This document shows positions 9,429 to 17,788 of a stretch of DNA of 37,108 nt, one piece after another. The first letter of the stretch is position 1. Each line of letters opens with the position of its first letter. Source of the DNA: Gammaproteobacteria bacterium (GTDB taxonomy: Bacteria; Pseudomonadota; Gammaproteobacteria; Pseudomonadales; UBA7434); contig JAJRPK010000036.1 in the NCBI GenBank assembly GCA_024280785.1, positions 1-37,108 on the forward strand, given 5' to 3'. The position numbers were made by a program, and so were the translations under genes. The notes beneath the pieces are model-generated. The model was not told the origin of the DNA and searched no databases. It was given only the letters and a program-made list of their open reading frames with translations.

Positions 9429-10190
9429 ATGGATAGCCTAGAAGCTCGGTTGCAGGAATTCCATAATACAGGGTATACAATTGTACCGGCGGTTCTTGAT
9501 AACGAATTCGTAGTTGGTTTACGTTCGGAGCTATGTCGCGCTATCGAGGAAGATAAAAAAGATTATTCTGGTGTTTTTGATGCTGGAATGGTTCACAATT
9601 TGATGATGCGTGGAAAGCTTCTTGCTCAAGTGTTAGAGAATGACACTATGAATGAGACCGTAAGCAGCATTATGTCCGACACCCACATTTTATATGCCTA
9701 TCAGTCGTCTAGCCTTCCGCCAGGGAGTAGCAACTACGGTGGCCGAGTGCATGTTGATAGTCCTAGATTTATAGAGAACTACTGTACAAATGTTGGGGTG
9801 ATCTTTCCTCTCGATGATTTCACTATTGAAAACGGCGCAACTCATGTATTACCGGGAAGCCATAAACTAGAATTCGTCGATCGCGACGTCGAAGACCGGT
9901 ATTTTAGAGCCGTATGTAAAAAAGGAGATATGATCGTATTTCATGGCCGTCTTTGGCACCGGGCGGGAGTTAATAAAACTGATGGTTTTAGGCATGCGAT
10001 TACACTGAATATGTGCAGATCATATATGCGCCAGCGATTCGACTTTCCTCGCATGCTTTCTAACGCATTAATTGATTCTTTAAGTGAGCAGGGTAAGAGA
10101 TTGATTGGAATGAATGTCAGGGTCCCAGTCAGCCTTGCAGAATTTTATTTGCCTGAAGGTGAGCGGCTCTATAAATCTAATCAGGGGTGA
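9429..10190 (+). CDS. Phytanoyl-CoA dioxygenase (PhyH) family Fe(II)/2-oxoglutarate oxygenase
   Basis: About 253 aa. HVDSPRF (H-x-D), THVLPGSH and FHGRLWHRAGVN (distal His plus Arg) fit the PhyH pattern. ATG 9429 preferred; an in-frame TTG at 9423 is possible. Confidence 0.8.
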   Translation: MDSLEARLQEFHNTGYTIVPAVLDNEFVVGLRSELCRAIEEDKKDYSGVFDAGMVHNLMMRGKLLAQVLENDTMNETVSSIMSDTHILYAYQSSSLPPGSSNYGGRVHVDSPRFIENYCTNVGVIFPLDDFTIENGATHVLPGSHKLEFVDRDVEDRYFRAVCKKGDMIVFHGRLWHRAGVNKTDGFRHAITLNMCRSYMRQRFDFPRMLSNALIDSLSEQGKRLIGMNVRVPVSLAEFYLPEGERLYKSNQG

Positions 10191-10193
10191 TTT

Positions 10194-10832
10194 TTGAAAA
10201 AAAAATTACTGATCTACGGGGCAGGTTCATTTGCTCGACAAATGCGATTTTATTTCGATTCGGATAGTGACTATGAAGTAGTTCATTTTGTCGTTGATGA
10301 TTGCTACTACAGCGCAGACCGTTTTGATGGTTTGGCTGTTCTTCGGTTTGAAGAAATTGTTGAGTCATGCCCTCCTCAAGATTACGATATGTTTGTCGCG
10401 ATTGGCTATAAAAATATGGGTTTGCGCTCGTCGATGTTTCAAAGGGCAATTTCAGGAGGCTATTTTTTGGCGAGTTACATAAGCTCGTCTGCGGTAATCG
10501 CCAGCAACGCAAAAATTGGGAAGAATAACGTATTTTTCCCTCAGGTCGTTATAGAGCCGTTTGCCGAGATTAAAGATAATAATATATTTTGGAGTAACAC
10601 AACGATTTGCCATGATGTAAAAATAGGGAGCCATTGTTTTTTTGCGGTTAACTCTATTATTGGCGGTGAAAGCGAGGTGGGCGACACCTGTTTTATTGGT
10701 TTTAATTCAGTCGTTAGAGAAATGCTGAAGATTGGCAGCAACACTTTTCTAGCTGCGGCCAGTTATATAAATAAAAATTCGGATGGCTCGGCAATGTACA
10801 TGGGGGTGCCGGCAAAAAAACACCTTACATAG
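10194..10832 (+). CDS. Left-handed beta-helix (hexapeptide) sugar N/O-acyltransferase, NeuD/PglD-like
   Basis: 212 aa. An N-terminal Rossmann-like KKLLIYGAGSFARQ is followed by hexapeptide repeats (IGKNNVFFPQVVIEPFAEIKDNNIFWSNTTICHDVKIGSHCFF...). TTG 10194 is preceded by an AGGGG SD. Confidence 0.8.
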   Translation: MKKKLLIYGAGSFARQMRFYFDSDSDYEVVHFVVDDCYYSADRFDGLAVLRFEEIVESCPPQDYDMFVAIGYKNMGLRSSMFQRAISGGYFLASYISSSAVIASNAKIGKNNVFFPQVVIEPFAEIKDNNIFWSNTTICHDVKIGSHCFFAVNSIIGGESEVGDTCFIGFNSVVREMLKIGSNTFLAAASYINKNSDGSAMYMGVPAKKHLT

Positions 10833-10840
10833 GCGGGCTG

Positions 10841-11725
10841 CTACAGCCAGAAGTTTAGTTTTTTCCAGGGCATTTCTGTAAAAAGTGATTGCGTGGCATT
10901 AATAACGTCGTGATTAATTGTGCCAATCTTCCCTTGTTCTTTTTCGATATAACCAAGCACTGTGTCTATGTTCGCGTAACCTGTTACGTTGTGTGTGGGG
11001 TATTTAGAGTAATTTTTCTTTTTAAAGCCAAGCATGCTTTTAAAACTAGGCTTGGCGTATTTTAACTCTGCGTTGTAAAGATTGGGGGCACCGTACATGT
11101 TGCAAGCAATGGTTTTTCTTCCCATATGGGCTAGTTCCCACATCGTGCTATTGCCACCTAATTCGTTAGGCTTTATAAAGATAAAGGCATTCGTATAAAC
11201 TTTTTCAATCAGGTCTTGCATCGAAAGATGGCTAGCAAAAATAAACCTGTCTTCCCCTAAATGCTCGATCAAAGGGACGATACATTCTTTGAAAAGGCCT
11301 TTGTTAAGGCCGCTATTATCGTTTAAATAATCTCTTTGATAGTTGCCGCTGTATACGTAAATTTTGTCACCTAAAGGGGTGTTGGTCGGTATATGGTTGA
11401 AATCTTTAACAGATACTGGCCAGGGCTTACATATCACTCCTCGGCTAGAAAGCTGGTGATTTAGCGACTGAGAAAAAACAGGGCAGAAGGTATTGTTAAA
11501 ACTGGGTATCTTCTTAACGTTTTCAAAATCCGATCCGCCGAGAAAAAGTATTTTATAGGATTTATGGTTAATGAATCTTTCTATATCTTCGGGGTGGTAT
11601 ACCCCAATAAAAATTGCCGGGGCATTTGGGTCGTGGTAATCGGCACACGACCAGCTCTTTAGGATATTTTCTTTAAAAAAATCTACCCCGCGAGAAACGT
11701 AGCATTGTGAAAAATCATCTTGCAT
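10841..11725 (-). CDS. Hypothetical protein (possibly GT-B-like C-terminal half)
   Basis: 294-aa ORF with clean coding appearance and no family I can name. NELGGNSTMWELAHMGRKTIACN faintly resembles the nucleotide-sugar-binding helix of GT-B enzymes. Confidence 0.55.
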   Translation of the reverse strand: MQDDFSQCYVSRGVDFFKENILKSWSCADYHDPNAPAIFIGVYHPEDIERFINHKSYKILFLGGSDFENVKKIPSFNNTFCPVFSQSLNHQLSSRGVICKPWPVSVKDFNHIPTNTPLGDKIYVYSGNYQRDYLNDNSGLNKGLFKECIVPLIEHLGEDRFIFASHLSMQDLIEKVYTNAFIFIKPNELGGNSTMWELAHMGRKTIACNMYGAPNLYNAELKYAKPSFKSMLGFKKKNYSKYPTHNVTGYANIDTVLGYIEKEQGKIGTINHDVINATQSLFTEMPWKKLNFWL

Positions 11726-11874
11726 TTATTCTGAGCATCGTTGAATGGCCTTTAGGCGGTGGGAAATAACAGTATTTTCAGCGTAAATATATCAGATTCA
11801 GTAACTGAGTACGAACGCACGGCGTATTTATCTCGCAATGCATCTTGCTGCCAAAGCCTCAATTTAATATTGAC

Positions 11875-12885
11875 CTAATGGTCTAGCTGATATAACGTTC
11901 TCATCGAAAATCCGTAATATATTAACTCTTTGAAGTCATTAGCAAGAATACTGCTAGACAAAGCATTAGAGCTAATGAGGCCAGCCATTATTTCGGCAGA
12001 TTTTTTATAATTGCGTTTTTCGAAGCAATGCTGCATATTTGCTAAGTGTAATCTGCCAACAAATATTTCCTTGCGGTCTACTTCGAACTGTTCAAAGTAA
12101 TGTATGGCACTGTCTATTATGTCTTCTTCATTTCTTTGGGTCATTACTAAGTCTAATTCAGCAATGTCAGCATCTGTGATCGCTCTATTTGTTTTCACGG
12201 CTAGAGTGCTCGCTGCTGTGCTTATTGGAGTAATAAGCCCTGATTCTATCCAGATATAAACAGCGGCAATTAATGTGGCTGACCAGTGGTAGAAAAAATC
12301 CTGGTACACAATATACGAGCCGTTGGCTAATTTGGGTGCGAACCGGTTCAACAATGTTCGGTATTCTTCATACCATTTGGGTAGATCAAAGTGGATAAGT
12401 CTTATCGTTGAATGATCGTGAATCATATCCATAAGTTCGCATTGATTAATGCTTAGCGTGTTTTTGTCTACATCTTTTGAATAGTGTTTAAAAATTTCGA
12501 CAAAGCTAAGAATTCCGTCAGATTCAGACAGTAAATGTGTTACTCCTCCTTTGTCAGCGAATTCCTTAGCGTGAGGGGCAAAGGGCCCATCGACGGCGCA
12601 GGAAAAACTGTCGAACACGGCAAGAGCAGAGACAGACCGTCCGTTAAGTTCGCTGTTGCTTTGGATAATACCGTCAATAATGCATCGGCTGCTTTTTCCG
12701 AAAAACGAACCAAACTCCACTATTTTTTCATCTTTTTTTAAAGTAATTGATTTTGCCAGTTCAAATAAAAGTTTTTGTTCGATAGGTTCGATCATGCCGG
12801 GAATGGCGTTAAGGCCAGCTAATTTAGGTGTGTCCGCACCAGAAATATATTTTTTTATAGATTTCAATAGAGATTTTCTAGGCAT
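11875..12885 (-). CDS. Hypothetical protein with class I methyltransferase-like (Methyltransf_24-type) N-terminal domain
   Basis: 336 aa. GMIEPIEQKLLFELAK...KIVEFGSFFGKSSRCII and LIHFDLPKWYEEYRTLLNRFAPKLANGSYIVYQDF match the layout of cation-dependent OMT-like folds. The C-terminal ~110 aa look helical and are unassigned. Confidence 0.6.
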   Translation of the reverse strand: MPRKSLLKSIKKYISGADTPKLAGLNAIPGMIEPIEQKLLFELAKSITLKKDEKIVEFGSFFGKSSRCIIDGIIQSNSELNGRSVSALAVFDSFSCAVDGPFAPHAKEFADKGGVTHLLSESDGILSFVEIFKHYSKDVDKNTLSINQCELMDMIHDHSTIRLIHFDLPKWYEEYRTLLNRFAPKLANGSYIVYQDFFYHWSATLIAAVYIWIESGLITPISTAASTLAVKTNRAITDADIAELDLVMTQRNEEDIIDSAIHYFEQFEVDRKEIFVGRLHLANMQHCFEKRNYKKSAEIMAGLISSNALSSSILANDFKELIYYGFSMRTLYQLDH

Positions 12886-12993
12886 GGTCTATTTTCCTTG
12901 TTTCGAACTCAAATAATTTTCTGTCAGCGGCAATATAATTTTTCACCGCGTAGAGAGAGAAAAATATTGAGGGCCCACCGTTATTTCATTTGC

Positions 12994-14502
12994 TTAGCTA
13001 TTTTTTATGCGGTAAATTTTTGTTGCGAGCTTTATAAAAAGTAAAGCCACATAACCGCGTATTTTTTTTATTAACGTATTCTTTCTATGCCATTTTGTTT
13101 GTCTGTAAGGTGGGTTAAACAGGCGATCTGCCCAACTGACGTATTTTGGTATATCGCTTGGATCATAGAGTGCTGTATTTAGTTGAAATATTAATGTAGG
13201 CCTCACATTACCAAGAAAAACTTCATTTTTGACTTGAGAGCGAGAAATAAATTGATGCTGAATGGCACTGGCAAGCTCTGCAACCCATATTACGGCTAAG
13301 GGGTTTCGTTTTGATAGCCAAGGTTGAAGTACCATATCGGTGTAGTGAAGGAGTTTAGTTTTCTCGGCATCAAAATGTTCGAGCGAGTTCCATTCATGCT
13401 CAATTAGGCCATCTTTTCGCTCGGCTATTTTCATTTGGTATACGAGATCTTCGTAGTTTAATTCGTTGCTATCTAACGCGGATACTATATTTACTATATC
13501 CCAATTTAATGCAGAACAGTCCATTAGCATAACGCTGTATTGTGGAATCCTGCCGCTGGATGTTTCTTCCCAGGCGCTAAGCACCTGCTGGCCTTTCATA
13601 TCTCTGTAAGCCAGGCCGCGAATGTCGGTAAAAACTTGCATGTCTGAGTCTAGGTATATGGCTCGACCTTTATGAGAGCACAGCTGCGGAATCAAAAAAC
13701 GTTGAAATGAGAACGGAGTTCTCGGTTGGTTTTTTTTGCTTTTGGGTGTAGGTATATGAATATTAGCTTCGCACAAGGGGAGTACTTCAACGTTAGCACT
13801 AGTGTGCAATTTTATCGAGTATTCAAGTACCTTTGTAGCAAGCCATTGATCATTGGTTGTTCCTACGAACACTTTTATACTTTCTTCTCCCAGTGGGGTT
13901 AGCGTCGCACCGAATTTATCTAAGGAGTTGGCAATGGCAATAAACTGTGAGTTGAATGATTGCCTATCATTGGCTAGAAGGGTTTTCTCTTTAAGTGAGT
14001 CAAAGGCATTACTATAGTATTGGCCTCCATCAATACCAATAGATCGCAATGTTTTTTCGCCGGATGATACTAATAGAGCCACCACGGCATCGGCGCTAAA
14101 AAATTTTACAGGTATGATCGGATAGTTTTTTTTGTGGATAAGCGATGTTGAAGAGTTATACCAGATGAGTCTTTTTTCCGCGTTCATTTCGCGTAACAAT
14201 GGAATCTTGCTTTCCCAGTCCGACAAAGATAATTCCCCGGCAGAGTTGTCTACATGGGGATAGAAGGGCATTAATAAAAAACGGGCGTTTTTTTTAATTA
14301 CCTCAGCTAATGGCTCAATTATGTCGATATCAATTACGTGACATATTTCAGCTTTTTGCAGAGTAATAGCGTGGTTAAGCACTAATTTTCGATATTTAGT
14401 GGTATCGTAGTCGGCTATTTTGTTGAACGATGGGCCTTTACCTATCAAGAGCCATGGTAGGTCGCTAGGGTTGTCAGCCATCCAATCTATAAAATTTTGC
14501 AT
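12994..14502 (-). CDS. Two-domain putative glycosyltransferase: N-terminal GT42/CstII- or DUF115-like domain plus C-terminal GT8-like domain
   Basis: 502 aa. The N-terminal LLIGKGPSFNKIADYD and LRSIGIDGGQYY parallel Campylobacter CstII IIAGNGPSLKEIDYS and IYLSGIDFY. The C-terminal IKVFVGTTNDQW, AIYLDSDMQVFTDI (DxD) and LLHYTDMVLQPW parallel GT8 motifs (FAADDNY, YLDxD, HYxGxxKPW). Confidence 0.65.
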   Translation of the reverse strand: MQNFIDWMADNPSDLPWLLIGKGPSFNKIADYDTTKYRKLVLNHAITLQKAEICHVIDIDIIEPLAEVIKKNARFLLMPFYPHVDNSAGELSLSDWESKIPLLREMNAEKRLIWYNSSTSLIHKKNYPIIPVKFFSADAVVALLVSSGEKTLRSIGIDGGQYYSNAFDSLKEKTLLANDRQSFNSQFIAIANSLDKFGATLTPLGEESIKVFVGTTNDQWLATKVLEYSIKLHTSANVEVLPLCEANIHIPTPKSKKNQPRTPFSFQRFLIPQLCSHKGRAIYLDSDMQVFTDIRGLAYRDMKGQQVLSAWEETSSGRIPQYSVMLMDCSALNWDIVNIVSALDSNELNYEDLVYQMKIAERKDGLIEHEWNSLEHFDAEKTKLLHYTDMVLQPWLSKRNPLAVIWVAELASAIQHQFISRSQVKNEVFLGNVRPTLIFQLNTALYDPSDIPKYVSWADRLFNPPYRQTKWHRKNTLIKKIRGYVALLFIKLATKIYRIKNS

Positions 14503-14579
14503 GCTTTCTGCCTAAATCGTAGAGGTATATGTGTTTTTCAGCCTGATGAATGATTTTATCTTATTTGGAGGGCGTATAG

Positions 14580-15662
14580 GTGAGTGATTTTCCTCTGCTG
14601 AAGCCTCTTCACGATGTCTCCTCTGAACCCTCAGTTTCCATCGCGATGACAACCTATAATGGCGAAAGCTATTTAGAAGAGCAGCTGTATTCGATACTTA
14701 AGCAAGATTATCCTGTCGCTGAAATAGTGATCTGCGATGATGCTTCGACTGATCAAACTAAAGCTATATTGCAGTCCTTTTCATCCAAATTGATAACCGT
14801 CCATTGCAACACGTCTAACTTGGGTTATGTGAAAAACTTTCAGCAAGCTATGCAAATGTGTAGCGGGGATTATATTGCACTATGTGATCAGGACGATATT
14901 TGGCTGCCGAACAAAATTTCCACCCAAGTTGATTTGATGCAGCAAAATAAGCTGTCGGCAGTTTTTAGCGACGCTACTCTCATTGATGATCATGGAGATG
15001 AAATAGACGTGGGGTTGTGGGCCTCTCTTGGGTTGGAGAATCGGTTAGCTAAAGGTATCGACTTTCGGGCCTTCTATTTATCGAACTGTGTGACGGGTTG
15101 TACTTTAATGGTGACGAAAGAGCTGGTGAATATAGCCTGCCCCTTTCCTGATAGCGTACCCCATGATTGGTGGTTAGCTTATCACGCTGCCCATCAAAAC
15201 AGCCTGGCTTTTAGCAAAAAGAAGTTAGTTGCCTATCGGCAGCATAGTAACAACGTCATTGGCGTGTCGGGAATGGGTCAAAAAAAATGGTTTGAAATGG
15301 ACTGGAAACGATGGTTGGGCACACTGAGTTTAAGGTTGAAGTTGCGTAAGCTAGTAACCGGGATGCGTGGGACCCAAAAGCGGCTTCGAGCCATGCTGGC
15401 TCATGAGGCGACCAGTAATACAGGGCCGTCGAAAGAATTGCAATATTTGAATAGCTGGATTGATGATAGACTAGACAGTAAGGATTTGGATCAGTACCGG
15501 CCGTTTTTTAAGTCGGGAGGCGCGACGTTTCAATTTTTTCATCCCGCCGATCGATATTGTAGAGGGCTGGACGAATGCAAGCGGCGCGTAGCTAATAGAG
15601 TATTGTTAAGGTATTTTATTATTTTTTTGCTTGCAGGCTCTCTCGCTGCGGCGTTTATTTAG
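14580..15662 (+). CDS. Glycosyltransferase family 2 (rhamnosyltransferase-like) with C-terminal membrane anchor
   Basis: 360 aa. VSIAMTTYNGESYLEEQLYSILKQDY, IVICDDASTDQT and ALCDQDDIW (DxD) are GT2 motifs, and the tail is hydrophobic (YFIIFLLAGSLAAAFI). GTG 14580 has a GGAGG 10 nt upstream. Confidence 0.85.
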   Translation: MSDFPLLKPLHDVSSEPSVSIAMTTYNGESYLEEQLYSILKQDYPVAEIVICDDASTDQTKAILQSFSSKLITVHCNTSNLGYVKNFQQAMQMCSGDYIALCDQDDIWLPNKISTQVDLMQQNKLSAVFSDATLIDDHGDEIDVGLWASLGLENRLAKGIDFRAFYLSNCVTGCTLMVTKELVNIACPFPDSVPHDWWLAYHAAHQNSLAFSKKKLVAYRQHSNNVIGVSGMGQKKWFEMDWKRWLGTLSLRLKLRKLVTGMRGTQKRLRAMLAHEATSNTGPSKELQYLNSWIDDRLDSKDLDQYRPFFKSGGATFQFFHPADRYCRGLDECKRRVANRVLLRYFIIFLLAGSLAAAFI

Positions 15663-15719
15663 CGGTCAAAAAGTGTATAAAGCACTCCTTAGAGTTGGCC
15701 ACAATATATTTTCAAACAG

Positions 15720-17486
15720 TTGGGTTATTTGTTGCAAAATTCAGATTCAGCAGAACAGTCGGAAGACCTTGACGTCGTCCAGACATACCGACGGATTGCG
15801 ACCTATTTGTGGCCGTATCTTTCCTACCTCCTTATAGCTTTTTTTGGTTTTGGTTTGTATGCCATTACCCAGCCTGGATTCGCCATGCTGATGGAAGCTT
15901 TTATCAGGGCGCTTGACGGGGAGCAAGTACGTGGGCTGTACTTTGTTCCTAGCGCTTGTGTGGCGATTGCGCTGCTTCGGGGTATTGGTAGCTATCTGGG
16001 CAGTTACTACATGGCCAAAACAAGTGCAAATTTTGTTCATAATCTTCGCTGTGATTTGTTTGGGCACATAGTTGCTTTGCCCATTCCTTATTTTGACAAG
16101 AATAAGAGTGGTCGGTTAGTTTCGCTGTTTACCTATAATACCAATGTGGTGGCTAGCTCTGGTACGCAAGCAATGACGACGCTCGTTCGTGAAGGACTTA
16201 CAGTGATCGCGCTGTTCGCTTATCTGTTAGTACAAAACTTCCAATTGACCCTCGTATTTCTGCTGCTAGGTCCGCCTTTGGGTTTGGCGATTAACTGGAT
16301 CGGAAAAAAAATCAAACACTTTGGTCGTGGAATCCAAGCGTCAATCGGCGAATTAAACCACGTCTCTGCCGAGGTGTTTGGGGGCATTCGATTAGTTAAA
16401 TCGGCTGTGGGAGAGGCTGACGCCAAAAGGCGGTTTCAATCAATCAGTGCGACAACAAAAAAGTTTGGACTTCGTTTGGCTAAAGTGAGTTCAATATATG
16501 CTCCCATGATGCAGATGATGATTGTCATGGCGTTGGCTGTTGTGATGTACGTTGTACTGCTTTCGCGCGATACTATGGAAGCTGCGGAGCTAATAGCTTA
16601 TGTCGTTGCTGCCGGCTTGCTACCCAAACCGATTAGAAGCCTGAGTGGGGTTTATCCTCGACTTTTACAGGGAGTTGTCGCGGCGGAAGAAGTCTTCCGC
16701 CATATAGATTATGAAAAAGAACTGGATACTGGACAGCTTGATGCGGTAAATATAAAGGGAAACCTAAGGTTTGAAAATGTAGATTTTAGCTACGAAGGGA
16801 TTGAAAAAAATGTGCTTCAAGGTATTAATTTTGATGTTCCTGCCGGTAAAACAGTGGCACTGGTCGGTCGATCCGGCGGAGGCAAGTCAACATTGGTAAA
16901 TTTAATTCCTAGATTTTATTTGGCTACGGGGGGTGAAATTTTGCTAGATTCTCGGCCCATAAGCGAATATAAGTTGGCCTTTTTAAGAAAAAATATAGCA
17001 ACAGTTTCGCAGCAAGTAACACTGTTTAATGATTCTATAGCTAACAATATTGCTTACGGTGTCGAAGACGTATCAATAGCCGACGTTGAAAAAGCTGCGA
17101 AGGCGGCCAATGCACATGACTTTATTAAAGAGTTGCCCGAAGGTTATGAGACGCTTGTCGGTGAAAATGGCGTATTGTTGTCTGGCGGGCAAAGGCAACG
17201 CATAGCTATTGCGCGGGCAGTTCTTCGAGGGTCAGCCATATTAATCCTGGATGAAGCAACTTCGGCGCTAGACAATGAATCTGAAGTAAAAGTACAAAAT
17301 GCATTAGAAAAATTAATGGCTAACAGAACAACCTTTGTTATTGCGCATCGTCTTTCAACGATAGAGCATGCAGATTCTATTTTGGTATTAGATGAAGGCA
17401 GAATTATCGAGCAGGGAACCCATGCCGACTTAATGGAACAGTCCGGATTTTACCATCGTATGGTTCAGCGAGATTTTAGTGAATGA
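15720..17486 (+). CDS. msbA: Lipid A / LPS-core flippase, ABC transporter permease-ATPase MsbA
   Basis: 588 aa. TM region followed by Walker A GRSGGGKST, signature LSGGQRQR, Walker B ILILDEATSALD and H-loop AHRLST. The N-terminus VQTYRRIATYLWPY parallels E. coli MsbA WQTFRRLWPT. No in-frame ATG is usable, so the start is one of TTG 15720/15729/15732. Confidence 0.9.
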   Translation: MGYLLQNSDSAEQSEDLDVVQTYRRIATYLWPYLSYLLIAFFGFGLYAITQPGFAMLMEAFIRALDGEQVRGLYFVPSACVAIALLRGIGSYLGSYYMAKTSANFVHNLRCDLFGHIVALPIPYFDKNKSGRLVSLFTYNTNVVASSGTQAMTTLVREGLTVIALFAYLLVQNFQLTLVFLLLGPPLGLAINWIGKKIKHFGRGIQASIGELNHVSAEVFGGIRLVKSAVGEADAKRRFQSISATTKKFGLRLAKVSSIYAPMMQMMIVMALAVVMYVVLLSRDTMEAAELIAYVVAAGLLPKPIRSLSGVYPRLLQGVVAAEEVFRHIDYEKELDTGQLDAVNIKGNLRFENVDFSYEGIEKNVLQGINFDVPAGKTVALVGRSGGGKSTLVNLIPRFYLATGGEILLDSRPISEYKLAFLRKNIATVSQQVTLFNDSIANNIAYGVEDVSIADVEKAAKAANAHDFIKELPEGYETLVGENGVLLSGGQRQRIAIARAVLRGSAILILDEATSALDNESEVKVQNALEKLMANRTTFVIAHRLSTIEHADSILVLDEGRIIEQGTHADLMEQSGFYHRMVQRDFSE

Positions 17487-17788
17487 ATGTTGAAGACATA
17501 CGGTTAAGAGTTTTAGTGTTGGGCGACCTCGGCGACCTCGGCCAGCTCAGATTTGACATATTTTCAAACTACCCTAACGGTTATGAGTTATTGCGCGCTT
17601 CAGATTTCGCTGTTGATATCTGCGAGTCGGAAGCATGCACTCGCATGTTGAACCAGTTAGCGCCGGACGTAGTGATAAACGCAGCGGCATGTACTAAGGT
17701 GGATCAAGCAGAGAAAGAGCGAGTCCGTGCATTCGCGGTGAACAGCGTTGCGCTTATTAGTTCAGGGTTTACAGGGTTGGACCGATGA
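17483..17788 (+). pseudogene. rfbD: Truncated dTDP-4-dehydrorhamnose reductase (RfbD/RmlD) N-terminal stub
   Basis: The 101-aa ORF matches only the first third of RmlD: the Rossmann glycine region VLVLGDLGDLGQL, and PDVVINAAACTKVDQAEKE versus E. coli PDVIVNAAAHTAVDKAESE. It stops before the catalytic YxxxK region. ATGA overlaps occur with both the msbA stop and the rfbB start. Confidence 0.75.
17522..17539. repeat. Perfect 9-bp tandem duplication GGCGACCTC x2 inside the rfbD stub
   Basis: Read directly: gGGCGACCTCGGCGACCTCggc. It encodes the duplicated DLG in LGDLGDLGQL. Confidence 0.9.

Noticed and set aside
10841-14502. The possibility that the three unassigned AT-rich genes form a phage-defence system
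   Set aside because: I saw no nuclease, helicase/ATPase P-loop, TIR, SIR2, reverse transcriptase or toxin-like motifs. The recognisable motifs are glycosyltransferase- and methyltransferase-like, and the context is a glycan locus.
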